From NCBI GenBank assembly GCA_965372925.1, contig CBDVEE010000001.1, positions 1 through 35,188 of the forward strand: a stretch of DNA of 35,188 nt. The letters run 5' to 3'. Positions within the stretch are counted from its first letter, which is position 1. Every line of letters begins with the position of its first letter. Positions 33,322-35,188 of this stretch are shown here, one piece after another. The stretch comes from an uncultured archaeon (GTDB lineage Archaea > Nanobdellota > Nanobdellia > Pacearchaeales > GW2011-AR1). The position numbers and the translations under genes were made by a program. The notes under the pieces were generated by a model. The model was not told where the DNA came from. It did no database searches and saw nothing but the letters and a program-made list of their open reading frames with translations.

Positions 33322-34319
33322 TACCCCTCCTCCTTCAACCCGCCAACATTATTCCCAATCCCCGCCATAATAAAAGCCGCAATCAAAGATTCAAGCTGAA
33401 TAAACTCGTCCGCACCCTCGACCAACCGAAACTCAATCTCACCAGTTTTCTCCGTCAGACGAACCTTCAAAGCATTATCAATCGATAAATTCCAAATTTC
33501 TTTTTGAATTGCCTTAATCACATCCTGCCCCGAAATCGACTCTTTCAACATAATATCCAACAACTTTTCCCTAGAGCTCACAAAATCCCCACTCAACGCA
33601 TAATCTAAAACAATCTTAATGTCGGATGGTCTCGCTTTTGAAACAATCGTATTCACCAAATCAGGAGTAATGTTCGGCGAAATCGACGCAGTCGCCTGCA
33701 ACAAATTAATCACTCGACGACAATCTCCCTCACTTGCCTCATACAAAGCATCAAACGCATCAGCATTAATAGACAAACCCTCACTCTCCGCAATCAAATC
33801 AATCCTTTTCTTAATGTCTTTCTTCTCTAAAAGTTGAAACCTAAATACGACCGTCCTCGATTGAATCGGATCCAAAATCTTCGAAGAATAATTACAAGAT
33901 AGAATAAACCTGCACGTACTCGTAAAATTCTCCATGGTCCTCCTCAATGCCTGCTGTGCTTCCCTCGTTAAAGCATCCGCTTCATCCAAAAAAATCACCT
34001 TAAACGGAACATCCCCCAGCGCCTTTGTCCTCGCAAAATCCTTAACTTTCTGCCGAACAACATCAATGCCTCTTTCATCCGACGCATTCAACTCCAAATA
34101 ATTTTCCCTCCAAGACTCGCCAAACAAACTCTTAACGACAATTAGAGCCAAGGTAGATTTCCCAGTCCCCGCCGGTCCGGCAAAAAGCAAATGCGGAATA
34201 TTCATAGAATTTGTCAGCGCCCGAACCCTCTTAAGAATCTCCACCTGCCCAACCATGTCCTCAAACTTCCGCGGACGATACTTCTCCGTCCACACTTCCG
34301 AACTATAATGTTCACTCAT
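33321..34319 (-). CDS. rfcS: Replication factor C small subunit
   Basis: The translation WTEKYRPRKFEDMVGQ fits. Walker A is GPAGTGKST and Walker B is FLDEADALT. The sensor and arginine-finger region is IQSRTVVFRF. Confidence 0.95.
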   Translation of the reverse strand: MSEHYSSEVWTEKYRPRKFEDMVGQVEILKRVRALTNSMNIPHLLFAGPAGTGKSTLALIVVKSLFGESWRENYLELNASDERGIDVVRQKVKDFARTKALGDVPFKVIFLDEADALTREAQQALRRTMENFTSTCRFILSCNYSSKILDPIQSRTVVFRFQLLEKKDIKKRIDLIAESEGLSINADAFDALYEASEGDCRRVINLLQATASISPNITPDLVNTIVSKARPSDIKIVLDYALSGDFVSSREKLLDIMLKESISGQDVIKAIQKEIWNLSIDNALKVRLTEKTGEIEFRLVEGADEFIQLESLIAAFIMAGIGNNVGGLKEEG

Positions 34320-34593
34320 ACATTAAAAAGGATGATTTGGTTTATAAGGATTATTGTGATAAGTTAAATAACATAATGGAAGACATAAATTCTTTTAAAC
34401 AATTTTAAACTAAGCAGTTTATGAACGGAATAAAATTTAATTCACAAGGAGCAAGTTTAGATAACAAGATTTTTGAAAATAGTGAGTTATCATTTCTCTC
34501 TAAAAAAAGACTGTTTCCAGAATTTACAATGTATATAAAACACTTACTGAAAAATATTTCATAGGAACAGAAACCCTTCTGGACATTAAATTT

Positions 34594-34833
34594 ATGGGAG
34601 ACATATCTCACATCAATACTGACTTCAATTTAAATCCTTCATTATGTTATTATCCAATTTTCTGGGAAGAGGGAGAGAAAGTATATCGTCTTGCAAAAGA
34701 AATCAAATTAGAGACAAGAGACAAAAACAAATGGATAGAATTTATAATAGATAGAGAAAGCAGAAAATTTCATAACGGATTTGCATTATCTCTTCCAAAG
34801 AAATACTTTTTAGAAAAACAACTGAACAAATAG
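34594..34833 (+). CDS. Hypothetical small protein (79 aa), weak call
   Basis: Only an ORF in an AT-rich spacer, with no motif and no clear promoter or RBS. Confidence 0.25.
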   Translation: MGDISHINTDFNLNPSLCYYPIFWEEGEKVYRLAKEIKLETRDKNKWIEFIIDRESRKFHNGFALSLPKKYFLEKQLNK

Positions 34834-34870
34834 AATTATTTATTTTTCAAACAATTAAAATTTCCCAAAA

Positions 34871-34981
34871 CTACTTACCTCGCTTAAGTTTTCTCTTTCG
34901 CTTTTCCTTCTTAAGTCTTTTACGTTGCCACTTCCAACGCATCTGCCCTTTCTTTTTCCAACGTCTTGAACTTCTTTTCAT
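34871..34981 (-). CDS. rpl41e: 50S ribosomal protein L41e (36 aa; not in the ORF track)
   Basis: Hand translation gives MKRSSRRWKKKGQMRWKWQRKRLKKEKRKRKLKRGK*. It is extremely basic, with length and composition typical of L41e. The same promoter module as rps12 and EF-2 precedes it. Confidence 0.75.
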   Translation of the reverse strand: MKRSSRRWKKKGQMRWKWQRKRLKKEKRKRKLKRGK

Positions 34982-35062
34982 CGTAATAACTAATCCGAAT
35001 TTTGCTTTATAAAGTTTCCGCAGAAAATTTATCCGTGAAACATTTTCAATGTTACTCTATAA
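34982..35062 (-). promoter_or_regulatory. rpl41e upstream module: BRE/TATA (GGAAACTTTATAAAGC, 35004-35019), hairpin 35023-35047, 15-mer 35048-35062
   Basis: TTTATAAA lies 25-32 nt upstream of the ATG at 34981. The 15-mer is identical to the other two copies. Confidence 0.5.
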
Positions 35063-35071
35063 AATTTTAGA

Positions 35072-35144
35072 TAGCCCCACCAGGATTCGAACCTGGGTCA
35101 CGAGAGTCAGAGTCTCGTATCCTTGACCACTAGACTATGGGACT
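35072..35144 (-). tRNA. tRNA-Gln (anticodon CUG), 73 nt
   Basis: Manual cloverleaf on the minus strand: acceptor AGUCCCA/UGGGGCU (A1-U72), anticodon arm CGAGA-CUCUGAC-UCUCG, T arm CCAGG-UUCGAAU-CCUGG. Confidence 0.9.
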
Positions 35145-35176
35145 AGTTTCACAATTCAAACTCTAATTTGAACTGA

Positions 35177-35188
35177 TAGCCCCACTTG
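35177..35188 (-). tRNA. 3' end of a further tRNA gene, truncated by the window edge
   Basis: TAGCCCCAC... repeats the acceptor 3' end pattern of the neighbouring tRNA-Gln. Only about 12 nt are visible. Confidence 0.3.

Noticed and set aside
34405-34611. Minus-strand 68-aa ORF, and a plus-strand 47-aa ORF at about 34421-34564, in the rfcS/rpl41e spacer
   Set aside because: They lie in AT-rich spacer, overlap each other, and have no motifs or translation signals. Only the 79-aa plus-strand ORF is listed, at low confidence.

Overview
This is an AT-rich, gene-dense archaeal fragment. Gene content and small protein sizes suggest a reduced, DPANN-like genome, but that is inference and no search was run. 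Most genes lie on the minus strand.

Layout:
- 1-5831: accessory island on the plus strand. It holds an RHH gene with a phased operator array, a small overlapping ORF, a wHTH gene, a 372-aa unknown, and Type III R-M mod and res. The last four are translationally coupled.
- 6040-17914: canonical archaeal cluster rpoH-rpoB-rpoA-rpl30e-nusA-rps12-rps7-EF-2 on the minus strand. It has three oddities: an unsplit A'-A'' RpoA, a 103-aa ORFan wedged between rpoB and rpoA, and an ORFan between rps7 and EF-2.
- 18127-18314: tRNA-Lys(UUU) followed by a second, interrupted copy of its 3' segment.
- 18405-29016: deoxynucleotide and thymidylate supercluster. It holds a kinase-dCMP deaminase fusion, dut, (gdhA), nrdG, nrdD, nrdR, glyA, a Tmk-tandem ThyX fusion and a Nudix gene.
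- 29039-35188: TtuA-like PP-loop ATPase with a repeat-bearing in-frame insertion, a DsbA-like exported protein, pcm, RFC large and small subunits separated by another ORFan, rpl41e, tRNA-Gln(CUG) and a truncated tRNA at the window edge.

The strongest novel signal is in nrdD. The gene stops before its glycyl-radical motif. That motif (RVVGYLRP...WNEGK) sits in a separate overlapping 42-codon ORF with its own Shine-Dalgarno-like sequence and ATG, immediately upstream of nrdG.

Three real small ORFs fall below the ORF-track cutoff and were found by hand translation: the RHH gene (59 aa), the glycyl-radical mini-ORF (42 aa) and L41e (36 aa).

All family calls rest on motifs I could read in the translations. 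No database search, folding or statistics could be run.
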